Source: Malacoraja senta (lineage: Eukaryota). From it: DNA of 64,000 nt. The notes below the pieces were generated by a model, which was not told where the DNA came from, searched no databases, and was given only the letters and a program-made list of their open reading frames with translations. Shown here piece by piece: positions 25,645 through 39,421 of the stretch. The stretch's first letter is position 1, and the number at the start of each line of letters is the position of its first letter. The position numbers and the translations under genes were made by a program. The stretch covers positions 15,500,001 through 15,564,000 of the forward strand of contig CM075989.1 in the NCBI GenBank assembly GCA_038087875.1, given 5' to 3'.

Positions 25645-25750
25645 TCCTCCCCCTCCCCCTCTCTCCCCCCCCCTCTCCCCCTCTCCCCCTCTCCCCCTCC
25701 CCCTCTCCCCCTCCCCCTCTTCCCCTCCCCCTCTCTCCCCCCCCCCCCCA
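25645..25750 (+). repeat. C/T-only low-complexity tract next to a SINE 3' half (25785-25897)
   Basis: About 105 nt of cctccccct-type repeats. Confidence 0.85.
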
Positions 25751-26589
25751 AATCTCACCTATGTAATTCTTCACTGCATGCATTCAATATTGTAAATTGT
25801 CCCTAGTGTGGAGGATAGTGCAAGAGTACAGGGTTATCCCTGGTTGGCACGGACTGGGTGGGCCGAAGAGCATGTTTTCACGTTGTATCTCTAAAGTCTT
25901 GTGGCACTCTTGATTTTAGTCACTTCAGAAATGAGGCAGAATATTGTACCAAATAAATCTTTTAATTTTCATTGAATCGACTAAGGAAATATAAATTTCT
26001 ATTATGATCGAGAAGCAGTTTTGAAAATTGCGGTATCAGTATAATTATTATGAAGTTGGCTTCATTGGTTTAAGTGACGTTAATATGAATTCTAAATGCT
26101 TAAATATTTCCGTTTGAATGCTGAATTTAAGTTCTATTTATACCTGGCCATCTTACATAATGACTGCCTCGAATATTTATGTTCTTAATAGGTATGTATC
26201 ACATTGTTCATGGTTTAAAATAGCTAATTTTAGACAAATGCTATCATAAATGGCTCATTTTGTTTATTTGTTTTGTCGGTCCTTTTCAGCTGGGTTGTTT
26301 TGGTGGAGAATTTTGGAGGAATGGTGTGCAGATATACTGGAAATTATGTAAAATAGGAAATTGTATGAAAAGTATTTCTTGTATCTTTATAGTGAGAAAG
26401 GAGAGATCTTTTGAATATTCATGATTTTTTTTTTTAGCTATGCATCTCGGAAATAGAAAAGCAAAGAAGTATGCTATTCGCTTGCATTTAAATCATTCCC
26501 TCTGTTTTCTTCCATTCCTTCCTTTCAACATTTTGTTTTGGTTTTCATGTTTTGAACCTCCTGCAATTCGAGTAGAGGAATAATAGTTC

Positions 26590-27980
26590 TGCGGAGGATG
26601 CAATCTCTCTTGAACTGCATTCAACTGTGGATAACCTTGACAACAAGATCGTAGGTGAACCTATGTCAGAATACTATTCATTGACTACAACTCATTCTTT
26701 GTTACTATTATACCAAGTAAGCTAATCCCTAAACCTCTGAATCTTGGCCTTGGACTCTCCATCTGCTATCGGTTCTAGACTTCTTGACCCTAGGTCTCAG
26801 TCAGTTTGAATTAGTCATGCCATTTCCTCCATATTGATCCTGCATACTTGTACCCCACTGGGATGTGTGCTAGATCCCTTGTTCTTCTCCCGTGCAGCCA
26901 TAACTTTATGGCCACGTACAACACCAACTCAATCTTTTAAGTTCACCGATACTGTTGTGGGCTGGATCTGCAATAACAATGAGACACAGAATAGGAAAGA
27001 GTTTGGTAACCGTGTGTCCTGGTATTAGGGCAATAACCTAACCATAATATCAACAAGATGAAAGACTTGGTTGTTGAACTAAGGAAGCACGGCAGTAAAC
27101 ACACACCCCTGTCCTCATCAACTGAGCTGCTGTAGAGATGGTCGACAGCTTCACGTTACAAGGCATCCCTATCACTAGCAACGTATCCTGGTCCCGACAT
27201 GTTTATGCAGTGACCAAGAATGCAAATAAGCATTTTATTTTCTTAGGTATCTGATGCTTCGGCATGTCCATGAGAATTATCTTGCACTTCAATAGATATG
27301 CTCTAGGAAATATTTTAGGCTGGATGCATCACCGCCTAGTATGGCAGCTACTTTGTTCTTGACTGCTTGATTCTGCAAAGAGAGGTGTACGCATGACAGT
27401 TCATTGCAAGCACGTTGTTTCCTTCCATCTTCATGGTGTGTTGCATCAGGAAACCTGGAAGTATCAAGGATGTCTGTTGCCCTGGCCATTCCCTTTTCTC
27501 TTTACCTGTTTCTGGAAAAGATACAGGAGCTTAAAAGACTTAAGATCAGTTTCTTCTCCACTTCCATCAAACTCTTGAACCAATTTGGGCAGCTACGGTG
27601 GCACGGCGATAGAGTTGCTGCCTTGCAGCGCCAGAGACCCGGGTTCGATCCCGACTACGGGTGCCGTCTGTACGGAGTTTGTACTTTCTCCCCGTGACCT
27701 GTGTGGGTTTTCTCCGAGATCTTCGGTTTCCTCCCACACTCCAAAGACATCCCATTCCTGGAGCTCTGCCATGTGCTTTTACTGTTAATTCTAAATCATT
27801 TGGTTACTCAGTTATTGTATTTTTACATTATTTTGCACAGGTCTGTTTTTGCACAATAATCTTACACACTTCTGCTGTTTTGCATTCATTTATTTGTTAT
27901 TATATGTATATTGTTTACTCTAAGCTTCTTGTCAACAAGGAATGTTGTTGCACCCTGGTGCATGATAAACTAGCCGGAAT
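26590..27980 (+). mobile_element. Old Rex1-type LINE RT fragment with nested SINE
   Basis: Decayed motifs YVRILFIDYNS, PLGCVLDPLFFS and FKFTDTVVG; tail aaggaatgttgttgcacc...gataaac. Confidence 0.7.
27590..27748 (+). mobile_element. V-SINE 5' half (tRNA head and V domain)
   Basis: A-box-like tggcacggcgatagag, B box GGTTCGATCC near 27642, V-domain core. Confidence 0.85.
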
Positions 27981-28859
27981 CTGAGCTCAGTTTTGTTTGC
28001 TGGCAAGGACACATTTCTGTGATTCATTCTTTAAAATAGAATTATTTCTTGAGGAAAGAGAAATATCTCAACCCTTATTTGGCATCTGACTTTCCAAGCA
28101 ATTGGTCATTTCTAGCTTCCTGTTCCTTTTCCAATCTTGCATGTGTTAACTTTATTAGTGGCTTTCCTGCTGCTAATACATTGAATCGCTCTCATCAGGT
28201 TTGAGTCCTTGTGGCCTTTTCTTTTTAATCACTGGGATGAATGTTTACACAAATAGATGTTCCAAATATTGCAAACTGTCCCATATATGGAAAATGTACT
28301 GAGAATGGTATATTTATAATACAGAACATGGGGAAACCCCTATAAAACATACATTTTGAGTGAATCCTGTGGGATTAGTTTTTATAGATTAAATAAACCT
28401 TAAGGTGCACAAATGTAAACATGTTTATTCAGTGTTCTATGGCCTGCAAAAACTGATTTAACTTTGAGGATCTTTTTATTTGCAGCTTTGAATTTATAGT
28501 TTTTACAAACTGATTGTACGTTTCACATTTGTAGAAGCAGCCTGTATTACACTTTGAAGTTCCAATGGTTCTTGAACTTTATGATGTAGGTTTAAAAATG
28601 TCAAAGTATTAAATAAAAGTAGATTGTTCTTTTTGTCAAATGTGTTTCTTCTAAAAACTCTTTCTCCCCATTTCCTAAAAAAAAAGTTCAAATTACCCAT
28701 CTGGTTATTCATTGGTGTTCTTTGTAGTAATACTGATTACAAATTTGATTTCGCAATGTTATAAAGTCAAATTATTATATAAATAGCTTATATAATTTGA
28801 GGACAACAGTTCCGTGAGCGGTCTTAGTTATTCAATAAAACAATAGCTGCTCTGTTGTT

Positions 28860-29410
28860 TGGCCGCAATTCAATTTTCTGGCCTGATCCTTTAAAACCCT
28901 ATTCCTCGATTGTCCATGTATCTTGAATCAGCTTAAAAGTGGAGCATCCACAGCCCTCGGGGATAGAAAATTCCGATGATTCACAGCCCTCTGTGAGAAG
29001 AGAATTTTCCTTTTAAAAAGGTTACCCCTTGTCTTAATCTAATTCCCTTAGTTGGAGATTGCTCCACCCGTAGTAAACACGTGTTATCAAGTTTGTTCAG
29101 ATTCTTGTGTTCATTGAGATCACCTCTTAATCTTCTAAACTCCAACAGTATAGACCCTTCTGTTCAATCTTCCTTGAAGTCAAATCTGTAATCCTAGGAA
29201 TAAATCCCGTGACCCTTAAATTCATTAACCTGAAGATCAATGTATCTTTGCTAAAATAAGACGGTTAATATTGTGTGCATAATTCTGGTGTGGACTCCGC
29301 CTTGAGGAGTTACAGCAAAGCTTCCTTGCTCTCATACTCTGACCCTTGCAAGAAAGGTCACAATTCCATTTATTTTTCTTGTTGCCTTAGAGTACCCACA
29401 TGTTAATTTT
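28860..29410 (-). mobile_element. Old CR1 3' fragment
   Basis: agaaaattcc...ctctgtgagaagagaatttt and gagatcacctcttaatcttctaaactcc match the CR1 at 61900-62130. Confidence 0.6.
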
Positions 29411-29612
29411 CTTAGTTACTTGTATGAGTTGTATGAAATCACTGAGATTTCTCTGAATGCCATCTTTTTATAGTGTCACGTTATTTAACGTCATTAATCT
29501 GTTCTGTTATTTTTGAGCGCCCAAAAGATATGCATTCTCTTTAATCTGTAATGCTGGCTGATCTTGTACAATACTAGTCTCCTGTCCTAAATTGGATTTT
29601 CTTTCTTTCAAG

Positions 29613-29677
29613 GAAAAGTTTCAGAGAGGAGTTCTCTTCCACCATACAATAGAGATCCAGTGATACCAGTATGTCAA
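29613..29677 (+). CDS. tcf12: TCF12 coding exon (about exon 6), 65 nt
   Basis: Acceptor ttttctttctttcaag|; reads (G)KVSERSSLPPYNRDPVIPVCQ; donor CAA|gtaagt; phase 1 to 0, in frame with both neighbours. Confidence 0.9.
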
Positions 29678-31215
29678 GTAAGTTTATGCTTTTCATGGTG
29701 CTGACACAATGTTTGTCAAGCATCTGAAACAAATCCTGAAGAATGCACGGTTAATATTTTGGCTTTATTCAGATTGCAACTGCATGTGAGATTTTATTTT
29801 GATATCTTGAATTTTGTATCATTTCGATCCTGCCTAAACTAGGACAAAGAATGAGAACCATCATATAGAAATTTGGTGATTTATCCATGTTCAACTTGAC
29901 TGTCAGCAATATTATCTATATTGTCTATCATTTTTGAGAGTATGCATCTCAGCATTTCTGAAAAATGATTCAGTAGTTACTAAGCATGTCAAGATTTCCG
30001 ATAACATTTCTGAGTTATAATACGTTCAGGGACATATCTTCATGGTTGCTATCCAATTCTGATATGCACTGTGGTGAACTGTAGTGATTTTCTTTATCTG
30101 GCTATTTCTGTGTTAATTATTTGCCCTATCTAATCATGTAACTGTATAAATATAAAAGGATGAAATGTATATCTACCCGTGTTTGGATTGTTGTAGCTGT
30201 GGTATCCTTGCACTTTTAGAATTCCTTCATATTGGCAAGGAGAAGAATGTCACTTGCATTGATATGTGGACTCCATGTTGCTATGTATATCTTTTATTGC
30301 CAGGAGAACAATGAATTAGGGCAAAGCTGTCACAAAGTGGACTGGAAACAGCTACTGGAAGGTAAATTGGTCTTGGTGTAATGGAATGTATTTTAAAAAA
30401 GAAATCCAAGGAGTTCAGGGTTAATATCATCCCACCAAAAAATCTATGGTACTCTACAAATAAAAAGCTCCCTGGAAGATGATGTGCTTGGAGGGTAGGA
30501 TAAGGCAAAAAAGGAAAGCATAAGTCAGAGATGAAGAGCTTAACACACTCAAAAGTTTTGGAAGAACATCAAAAGTAAAGAAATGATATTAAAAGTGAAA
30601 TTCAGAAAGAAAATGAAGAAAATTTAGAGATAAATAACATTTAAAAAGAAACCAAAGGTTTTGAGGTTTTGGACTAAAAAAACCCTATAATTTAATTCTG
30701 AGAAGAGGGGCAGATAATGGAATGAATAAATAAGATATTGTGTGTGGCAGCACAAAGATTTGTTTAGAAGAATATGATGCTGTAAGGAAGTGAAAATGCT
30801 GGGGAGGAGGGCGTGAATAGAAATTAATGATGCTGATGTTGCAGTTTAGATTAGTGACTGAGATATTGGAGGCGTAAGCATAATAAAGAATTCATGATCT
30901 TGAGGGTTACGTCTCTTCAAGATCTTATCTTTGAAATATGATTATCAGTTTTGTGCTTTAAAAGAATTCTGCAGCCCCATTGTTCTTTGAGTGAAATTAT
31001 ATTTGTGTATCTCCCCTGAATCCTCTTGTGCTCACATCCATTCTGTGGTGAGCTGGTCAAAACTATACATGGGATTCTAGCTGTGGCCTAACTAGTATCT
31101 TAAAACACTTTTATATTCTCCATGCTCTTCTGTTCGATGCCTTAGCTGAAAAATGCAGGAATGACATAAACTACGTCACTCTCTTTTCACCCCTCTCCCA
31201 TCAGCGTGGTGCAGA

Positions 31216-31934
31216 AGTTTAGTTGATTGTCACATGTACTGAGGTACTGTGAAAAGCTTTTGTTGTGTGCTATCCAGTGAGCAGCAAGACAATAAATGTT
31301 TACAATCGAGCCATTTACAGTGGAGATACATGATAAAGGAATAACGCTTAGTGCAAGGTAAAGCCAGCAAAGACCGATCAAGGATTGTCTGAGGGTCTCC
31401 AATGCGGTAGATAGTAGTTCACGGCTGTTCTCTAGTTGTGGTAGGATGATTCAGTTGCCAGATAACAGCTGGGAAGAAACTGGAGGCAGGTTTGTGGTAT
31501 AAAGAGGTATGTAGAAGAGACAGTGGCAGTGTGAGGTATAAATGGAGTCAATGGAAGGGAGGTTGGTTTGTGTGATGGTCTGGGCTGCGTCCATAATTTG
31601 CTGCAATTGCGGGTTTGGAAGTTTGAAAATGCATATCTTCAGATTCAGGAACAGTTTCTTCCCAGCTGCTATCAGGCAACTGAACGATCCTCTCATCGAC
31701 TAGAGTCCAGTCCTGACCTCTCATCTCTCTAATTGGAGACCTTCAAACTATCTTTAAGCAGACTTTATCAGACTAATTTTATATCTTGCATGTAATGTTG
31801 TACCCTTCATCATTTACCTGTGCACTGGGCAGCTTGATCGTGTTCATGTATAGTCTTTTCTCTGGATATCACACAAACAAAAGCGTTTCACCACGTCGAT
31901 GCACATGACAATAATAAACTTACTTAAAACTAAA
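31216..31934. mobile_element. Inverted pair of Rex1-type 3' ends (minus 31216-31610, plus 31612-31934)
   Basis: ataacagctgggaagaaactg is the near reverse complement of cagtttcttcccagctgctat; tgacaat tails at both outer ends. Confidence 0.7.
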
Positions 31935-32573
31935 TTCGATTCGACCACTTATCTATCACTAGGAATAACTTACTGTGACCAATTACTCTTTAATTGCTTC
32001 TTTGTGCTTTCACTTAGAATTTGTTTCAACTACTTGTTCACTGCCAATATTAAATTGACTTAATTTATGCCTTTTTAAAAAATAACAGTAATATATTAGT
32101 GTTCTTGTGGTCCACTATTTCATCTTCGATGTAAACGAGCATCTGTAGCTCCTTCCTACAGGAAGATAAAGAGAACGCATGAAAAATATACTTCCAGTTA
32201 AATCAAGAAAAATCCAAAAATTTGAATTAGGTGGTCGGGAAGACGCCACGGAACATCACAGAACTATGTACATCCTCCTCTTCCACACTCAGGATACACT
32301 TTTAATTGCAAACTGGACTTGTATGTTATTTAGGAGATAAGATTTAAAGATGCTGAAATCTTGAGCAAATAGCAAATTGTTGGAGGAACTCGGCAGGTCA
32401 GGCAATATATGTGGAGGGAAATGGACTGATGGCTTTCTGTAGGGATTCTTCCAATTGAAATCTTCCCCAAACGCTACCTGACCCACTGAGTTCCCGCAGC
32501 AGTCAGCTGCTTGTGCAACTTCCCTTCCACCAAATAACTTTAGAGCATGGAATAGGAGGTATCAAGCTGTGTG

Positions 32574-33675
32574 AATAATAATAATAATAATAGATTTTAT
32601 TTATATAGCGCTTTTCAGGACTCAAAGTCGCTTTACAATTGAGAGTTAGGAATAAACAAAACAAAATAGAGCAGTAAGACAGAGGGGAGGGGAACATGGG
32701 ACTAAGGGTATGCAGAGGTAAAGAGACGGGTCTTGAGGCGGGACTGGAAGATGGTGAGGGACTCAGAATTTCGGACCGGTTGTGGGAGGGAATTCCAGAG
32801 CCTGGGAGCTGCCCTGGAGAAGGCTCTGCCTCCAAAAGTGCAGAGGTTTGATTTCAGAGTGGAGAGGAGACCAGCTGATGTGGATCTGAGGGACCGTGAG
32901 GGTTGGTAGGGGGAGAGGAGGTCAATGAGATAAGGGGGGGCCAGGTTGATGAGGGCTTTGTAGGTGAGGACCAGGATTTTGTAGGTGATCCGGTGGGAAA
33001 TGGGAAGCCAGTGAAGTTCTTTGAGAACTGGGGTGATGTGGTGCCAGGATTTGGTGTGGGTAATGAGTCGAGCGGCTGCATTTTGGACCAGTTGGAGTCG
33101 TTTGATGCTGCTGGAATTGATTCCGAAAAGAAGAGAGTTACAGTAGTCCAGTCGGGAGGAGATGAAGGCATGGATGAGTCTTTCAGCAGCGGTGGGTGTG
33201 AGAGACGATCTGATTTTTGCAATGTTGCGGAGGTGAAAAAATGATGTTTTGACAACATGGCGGATGTGAGGCTCAAGGGAGAGGGTTGAGTCAAGGATCA
33301 CGCCAAGGTTGCGTGCCTGAGGAGATGGGGAGACAGTGGTGCCGTCGATAGTGAGAGTGGGGTTGTTAATTTTAGTGAGTGTTGATTTGGAGCCAATGAG
33401 GAGAAATTCTGTTTTGCTACTGTTTAATTTAAGGAAGTTGAGTTGCATCCAAGATTTGATGGCTGATAGGCAGGAGTTGATTTGGGAGAGAGGGGGGTGA
33501 TGGGGGGACTTGGTGCTGAGATAGATCTGGGTGTCATCAGCATAGCAGTGGAAGTCCAGGTTGAAGTGACGGAGTATATGACCAAGGGGGAGGATGTAGA
33601 TGATGAAGAGGAGGGGACCAAGAACGGAGCCTTGGGGAACGCCTTGAGTGACAGTGGCTGTGGCAGAGGTGTGGC
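32574..33675 (-). mobile_element. L2-clade LINE, 5'-truncated, young
   Basis: Uninterrupted minus frame from about 33675 to 32702 with [47 protein letters not shown] and RLWNSLP; (att)n tail. Confidence 0.93.
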
Positions 33676-33857
33676 TTTATGCCTGTACGGACAGACATGA
33701 CAAAAGGAAGAATTCATGAAGTCTTGGACTTGGTAAACATTGGTGGGGCAGGAACGAATGAATAAGATGAGAGAGAATCTAACATCTTTGAAAGCCTGAT
33801 AACAAAATGAACAAATGGTGCACAGTTTGACCATGAAGCTCCAACCCTTTCCTCGAA

Positions 33858-34003
33858 GATAGACACAAAATGCAGGAGTAACTCAACTGGACAGGCAGCA
33901 TCTCTGGAGAGAAGGAATGGGTGATGTTTTGGGTCGAAATGTCACCCATTCTTTCTCTCCAGAGATGCTACCTGTCCCGCTGAGTTACTCCTGCATTTTC
34001 TGT
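33858..34003. mobile_element. Fold-back (palindromic) Penelope-derived element
   Basis: Arms of about 70 bp inverted around gttttgggtcgaaatg, the hammerhead stem II region; similar forms at 32345-32500 and 34305-34445. Confidence 0.8.
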
Positions 34004-36289
34004 CATGTGCAGCATTTTTTAATTGAATGCATCTGCATCTATTTGCTACATTCTCAAATATGTACCATATGTTATTGGGAAAAGCAAGATTGTGTTGCAG
34101 AATTCATATTAAAGTGTTGTTTGAAAGATGAGTGAAAATTTAGTCACTTAAATGATTGAAATCTGTATGAATATAGTTACTCCAAAATAAATATTGTTAA
34201 CTGCAGCTAGAGCCACCAGCCATTCACATAACATATCTGCAAATGTTTATTTTTCTCTTCCGGCCATAAAACTAAATCCCGATGCACTGTGTGTTTTAAT
34301 TAGAACACAAAGTGTGGAGTAACTCAGCGGGTCAGGCATCATCTCTGGAGGATATGAATATATGACATTTCGGGTTGATACCACAGAGTTATTCTAGCAC
34401 TTTGTGTTGTAAGCAAGATTCTAGCATCTGCAGTTCCCTGTGTCCCTCTTGGATTTTTTTTATTAATGTAGTGCTATCTGAGAAATCAAATGGAAAAGTG
34501 TTTACAAATGCTTCATCTTTTGGCTGATCTCACAGCTCTGTTTACATGGTAACCTACTTGTCAGGAGCTGACAATTTGCAGATAACCATCAGTATTTAAT
34601 TGTTTTGCTGCAGTCATTTAAGAGCCTCTGCTCATGGCTTGTTAAATGCAGAAATCCTGCCGTTATTGGATTTGGACATGGAGTCCAGTGTCAGTAAGAT
34701 ACCCAGACATTTATTCTGAGGCATCACTTTTCAGATCTTGTACCAGTTATTATGCAAAGTAGTTTTGTGGGAAATGTAAGACAGTTGATTTAGGGGCAAG
34801 TTGGAAGGCAAATTCCTTTTTAGTTCTTTTTGAGTTTGTTTTGCAATATTTTGGGGTTACAATGATTTTTAAGTACAAGCAGTCCCTGAGTTACGTAAGG
34901 GTTCCGTTCCTGATTCTTCCATAAATCAGAAAAGAACAATTTCAATGGGGTTCGATAAACCGAAACATTTATTCATGTCTTCCCCTCTGTGATTACAATG
35001 TTATAGAATTTGAATATCCTACATTCAATGGCGAATTTCAATTATCTCAGTGGATGTTACGTTGTTTAATAAAGCACTTTTACAAGTAAAAAAGACTACC
35101 TTGTCTGTTTTCAAACAAATCTCTTAAACAGCCTCCATTGTGAATCGGCAGCATGTATTTTTATTAGACAATGGCGTCAGTTTGATTACTGCAGGGAGGT
35201 TTTATGTCAAATCTTTTTTGAACACTGCTTGTCTTTTGAATTAACTAGGTGCTACTCCTATCCCATCTATCCCATGACTCCTGGAGGTTTTTAGAATTCT
35301 GCAACTTGAACAATTCTTAAATTTATGGGAGAATTTGAATGAAGTTTAGAAATTCCTCCATGTTTACAGCTGACAAAGCTGGGGTGATGTGTTACTGGCA
35401 GTAATACTTCCATGGTGCTTCTGTGTACCACAAGCCATTCCATTGTAGTCTAGGCTGCTTTGGGCCAGCAAAGTAGACATTTTGGTGAGACTGTAGGTGG
35501 TGATCCCGGGGTTGTGGGGAGGTGGGGTGGTTGGGCAGTTAGCGCTAGCAAACACTGGTGTATTTTGTTTCTTTATGCAGAAAGTTGTAAAATGGCTTTT
35601 TTATGATGAATCTGAAATTTCCTTCACACATTACTTCCACCAGTTGCAAAGACATTTCTCAGATCAGGATGGGGCTATTGGAGCAGTAACATTAAGTTTG
35701 ACTGTCATTTACATTTTCTCGATGTATGTAAGGTAGACTTTGATACTCTATATCCTGAATATTTCTAAAAAGATAGAATTGCAAATTTTGCAATTGAACA
35801 CGTTTTTGAAGATAACGTGACATATCGGATGAGAAACCAAATCAGCTGATGGTAATTTTCAAGTTTATTATGATATCTGCTGAGTACTACGTTTACATAC
35901 CTGTTGTGCTGTTGTAAGTAAAAAATTAATTGTTCTGATTCGGGGCAAATGCAAAACACTCTTGACTCTTGACAATTGGGGAGAAATTCACCATTGAGCG
36001 GAATTGTATTTTGCACCAAATGAAGCTGATGCCTTGTCGGAGAGTGATTGTTCTAATTGGAGGGATTGGAACATAATTGGAGGGATTTCTCAGGCTAGTT
36101 AATTAAACATAAACTGTTGGAGCTTCATTAATGACTTTCCATTAAAGTCAGATATAGGGATGTTCTCTGAAGATTGAATAGTGTCGACATTCATTGAGAA
36201 CACAAGCTATTGAAGCAGTCCATGCATGTGCTGATCAATGGTATCTAACATTGCTACTGCACAAATGCCAGGATATGACCACTTGTAAT

Positions 36290-36830
36290 GTCTCTGTACT
36301 GGTATTTTTTACCCAACAAACATATGGGAATATCTTCACCATATGATTTAAGATGATAGCATTGATCTTAAGGTCAATTCGGGGTGGGAAATAAATACTG
36401 GCCTTGCCTGTAACACCCACATCCTAACTGAATTCAGTAAACCCCCCACTTTGTTTAGTGATGGCACAGCCTAACAAAAAGAATGGCATCAGTTTAGGCG
36501 AGAGCAAGGTATTTTATAGAGGGTTTGAGCGAGAGGAATGTTTTATCCCCTGCAGAGTGATTTATACCTGGAACTCACTGCCAGAGGAGGTGGTGAAACT
36601 TGGTACAACCAGGGCATTTAAGTGATTTTAGGCACTTGAAATGGCAATACATAGAAAGGTGGTGAAATTGCATGGAACCTCAGCATTTAGGTGATGTTTT
36701 GACAAAAGCTTGAATAGGTAAGACATAAAAGGATATACATTTAATGTGGGCAAATGGGCAGGTGTAGATGGGCAAAAAGGTTGGCATGGACTTTGTGGGC
36801 TGAAGGGCCTGCTTTGGTGCTGTATAACTA
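36290..36830 (+). mobile_element. Decayed CR1 3' fragments
   Basis: ataaatactggccttgcc...cccacatcc tail; tggaactcactgccagaggaggtggtg; gggctgaagggcctg tail. Confidence 0.55.
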
Positions 36831-39285
36831 GCTCTGCGAATAATGGTTGAGTTGTTTAAGTACAATAAATGTGAAACCAGATTCCATACTTGATTTTTCT
36901 TTTGCTGCTTTTCAATGGTTGGAGGAGTCATTTTGAGTGCAGACTACTGTGTAGACCTGGTCCTGCTAATCCTGCAGCCATTTTGTGACGAGCTGTAGTT
37001 GGAGCACTCCATTCCACAGTCCTGTGCAAGAGAGTGTGGGCTGCGGTGGCCACCAGGCTTCTGGTGGTCAATTCCACTGTCCCACCTGAGCAATACTGAC
37101 GATTTATGACTGCCTGCTGCTGTCAAAGGCATTACTGAAGATTCTGAAGCCTTGGATATTCAAAGCTGTTTAAAAAGTTTAAATGGATTTATGAATTATC
37201 ATTTTTTTTAATGTACAATTTACTAAAACAACTATACTGTAAAATTAAGAAAAACATGTCCTTGATGAAAGTTAATACTTGGTAAGTTTAGGGGCAGAGT
37301 GGAAGGTCGCTTGTGGGATGTGCAGATGCAGTAGTTGGATATGCGATTTGTATTGGAGACTGGATGGGCAACCAATGCATTGGACTTGATCGGGCTCACT
37401 GTTTCCATGCACTGGTGTAAATCAAGAGCAATGTTTACCCCGGACAACATTTACTTTGCATCTGTTTATTGTACTGCAATGTTTTATTACTCGGTACCCT
37501 AGGTTGCTGTCTGTTTCTCCAGTGAGCTAGATTAGCCTGATTACTCGGGCAGGATGCAGTTGATGGATGATTGTCATTATCTCCATGTCTGCAAGACCTT
37601 TTAGCGTCAAAGATGATAATTAAAATTTCAAGAGATTGCCTTGAAGCATTGTGATTTTGCAGATGTTTTTGTCATTCAGTTAAAAGGATTTTTTGTTGCC
37701 AATAATGTAGAATCAGACATTTGTCAATTTTTCTTTGCATTCTTTTAAGCCTTGAGCCGCGTTCCATAAAGCAATTAACACGGAGCACAATAGACAAGGT
37801 TTGAAACATTGCAAGTTAGTAAGAAGGATTTAATAGAATCTTGCGTAGGACAAAACATTGGAGAGGATTATAATCAGTTTCTGTTTTTGTTGATCACATT
37901 TCTAAGACTTCATTTATTGAAATAACTTATTGGTATGACACTGGTTTTCTAACATGGCCTGATATCTTTGAAATAGAGCAAATATATATTTTCTTTCAAG
38001 TTAATTTTGACCAAAACTGCTTGTATACTTTAGTTATATTTAATATTTATTTTAGGGATGCTTATTCTTGGATGTATGTTCCGTGTTTTTGTGAATCCCG
38101 CATTAAAACTCACAATTACAAGTATTTAAATTACTGTGTAGAAATCATTGAATATTGTCTCTGGGCTGTTGAAGGAAATAAAGTGGACTGATTTCTAGAG
38201 TAAAATGTATATTAAATTGTGACCCTGGTTTCACAGGTTTAGAGCAGATGGCAGATTTGTGACAGTTTCAAATACTACCTCATTTTTCATCAAGCAGATT
38301 ATCTTTCTGAATGCTTAAACCTCCCAAAGGAGATGCAATCAATATTTATTGATCGTACAAAGCCAAAGATTCAACTATTGATTTTTCCAAACTGTAATCA
38401 GTAGGTTGAAAACAGTAAGGAAATGATCTGAAAAAGTGAAATGTTGTGCCTTGTTGTGAGTATGTTCTATTCAAACTCAGATGTTCTTTTTATGGATCAT
38501 GGTGTCGGTGAATAAGTTAATGTGAAGCACACTTTTGCAAAGATATAACAGTATCTCTTGGATGGATTGTATTGTTTCCATGAAATTGTAATAATTCAAT
38601 ATATAATCTCAAAATCAGTATAATATTTAAAATTCTGAAAAAAGAATTCCCTGTCATGTTCAGGGTAAAGCGAGGTTACTAATAGGTGCTATCTGTGGAA
38701 AATTAAAATTTTAAAGCAAAGTAACACAAGTTATCCATGTCAATTTACAAATGATGAGAAATGAAAGCCTGGTATTTAATATTAAGAATGTATAGCATTT
38801 TACAGAAGGTCAATCTGGAGTGTTGAATCCAAATTTCTCGTTAAATGTATATTCTTAATAAATGCATTGTCACTTGAGGTCTGATTCGTGTTCTCGTTTA
38901 AATAGAGTCTACAGCTGGTCTTGGTAATGTAACAGGCTTCCTCGTATTTGTTGACCTTTGTTAACTGTTGCATCACACATCTTTAGATTGGAAAAAGCTG
39001 CTTTCTGCGTGCTAAATTTTGATATTCATGTCAATTTATTAAATAGGTGAAAATTAAAAACTAGTATTATCAATAAATCGTTTCTGGTCGTGTGTAAAGT
39101 TGTTTCGACACTTAAAGCTGAAGCCAAAATTTATGCATTCAAAACTGTTCTAATTTTTCAGTTTGTTTATGAGAAAGTGTTGAGATAAATCAGATTAAAG
39201 ATCAAATGTTGTTTTGAGTTGAATGGACAATATTGAACATTGCAGCAGAGTGGAATTAAGTGACTATTGTTGCATTGTTTTGCAG

Positions 39286-39421
39286 TCCAGTAATCTTCGA
39301 TCAGATGTGGGAATAGGCAGCCCTGCGCCTTTACCATCTTCAGGAAAACCTGGAACAGTGTACTATCCTTTTACTGCTACAAATCCACGCAGAAGACCTC
39401 TTCATGACACACCAGCTCTTG
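39286..39421 (+). CDS. tcf12: TCF12 coding exon (about exon 7), 136 nt, first half of the bipartite NLS (RRRPLH)
   Basis: Acceptor ttgttttgcag|; reads [45 protein letters not shown]; donor G|gtttgt; phase 0 to 1. Confidence 0.95.

Noticed and set aside
26598-26654. Possible alternative first exon MQSLLNCIQLWITLTTRS
   Set aside because: It ends in TAG and lies in a decayed Rex1 RT (YVRILFIDY follows)
27590-27665. tRNA gene
   Set aside because: A/B boxes run directly into the V-SINE core; no full cloverleaf or terminator
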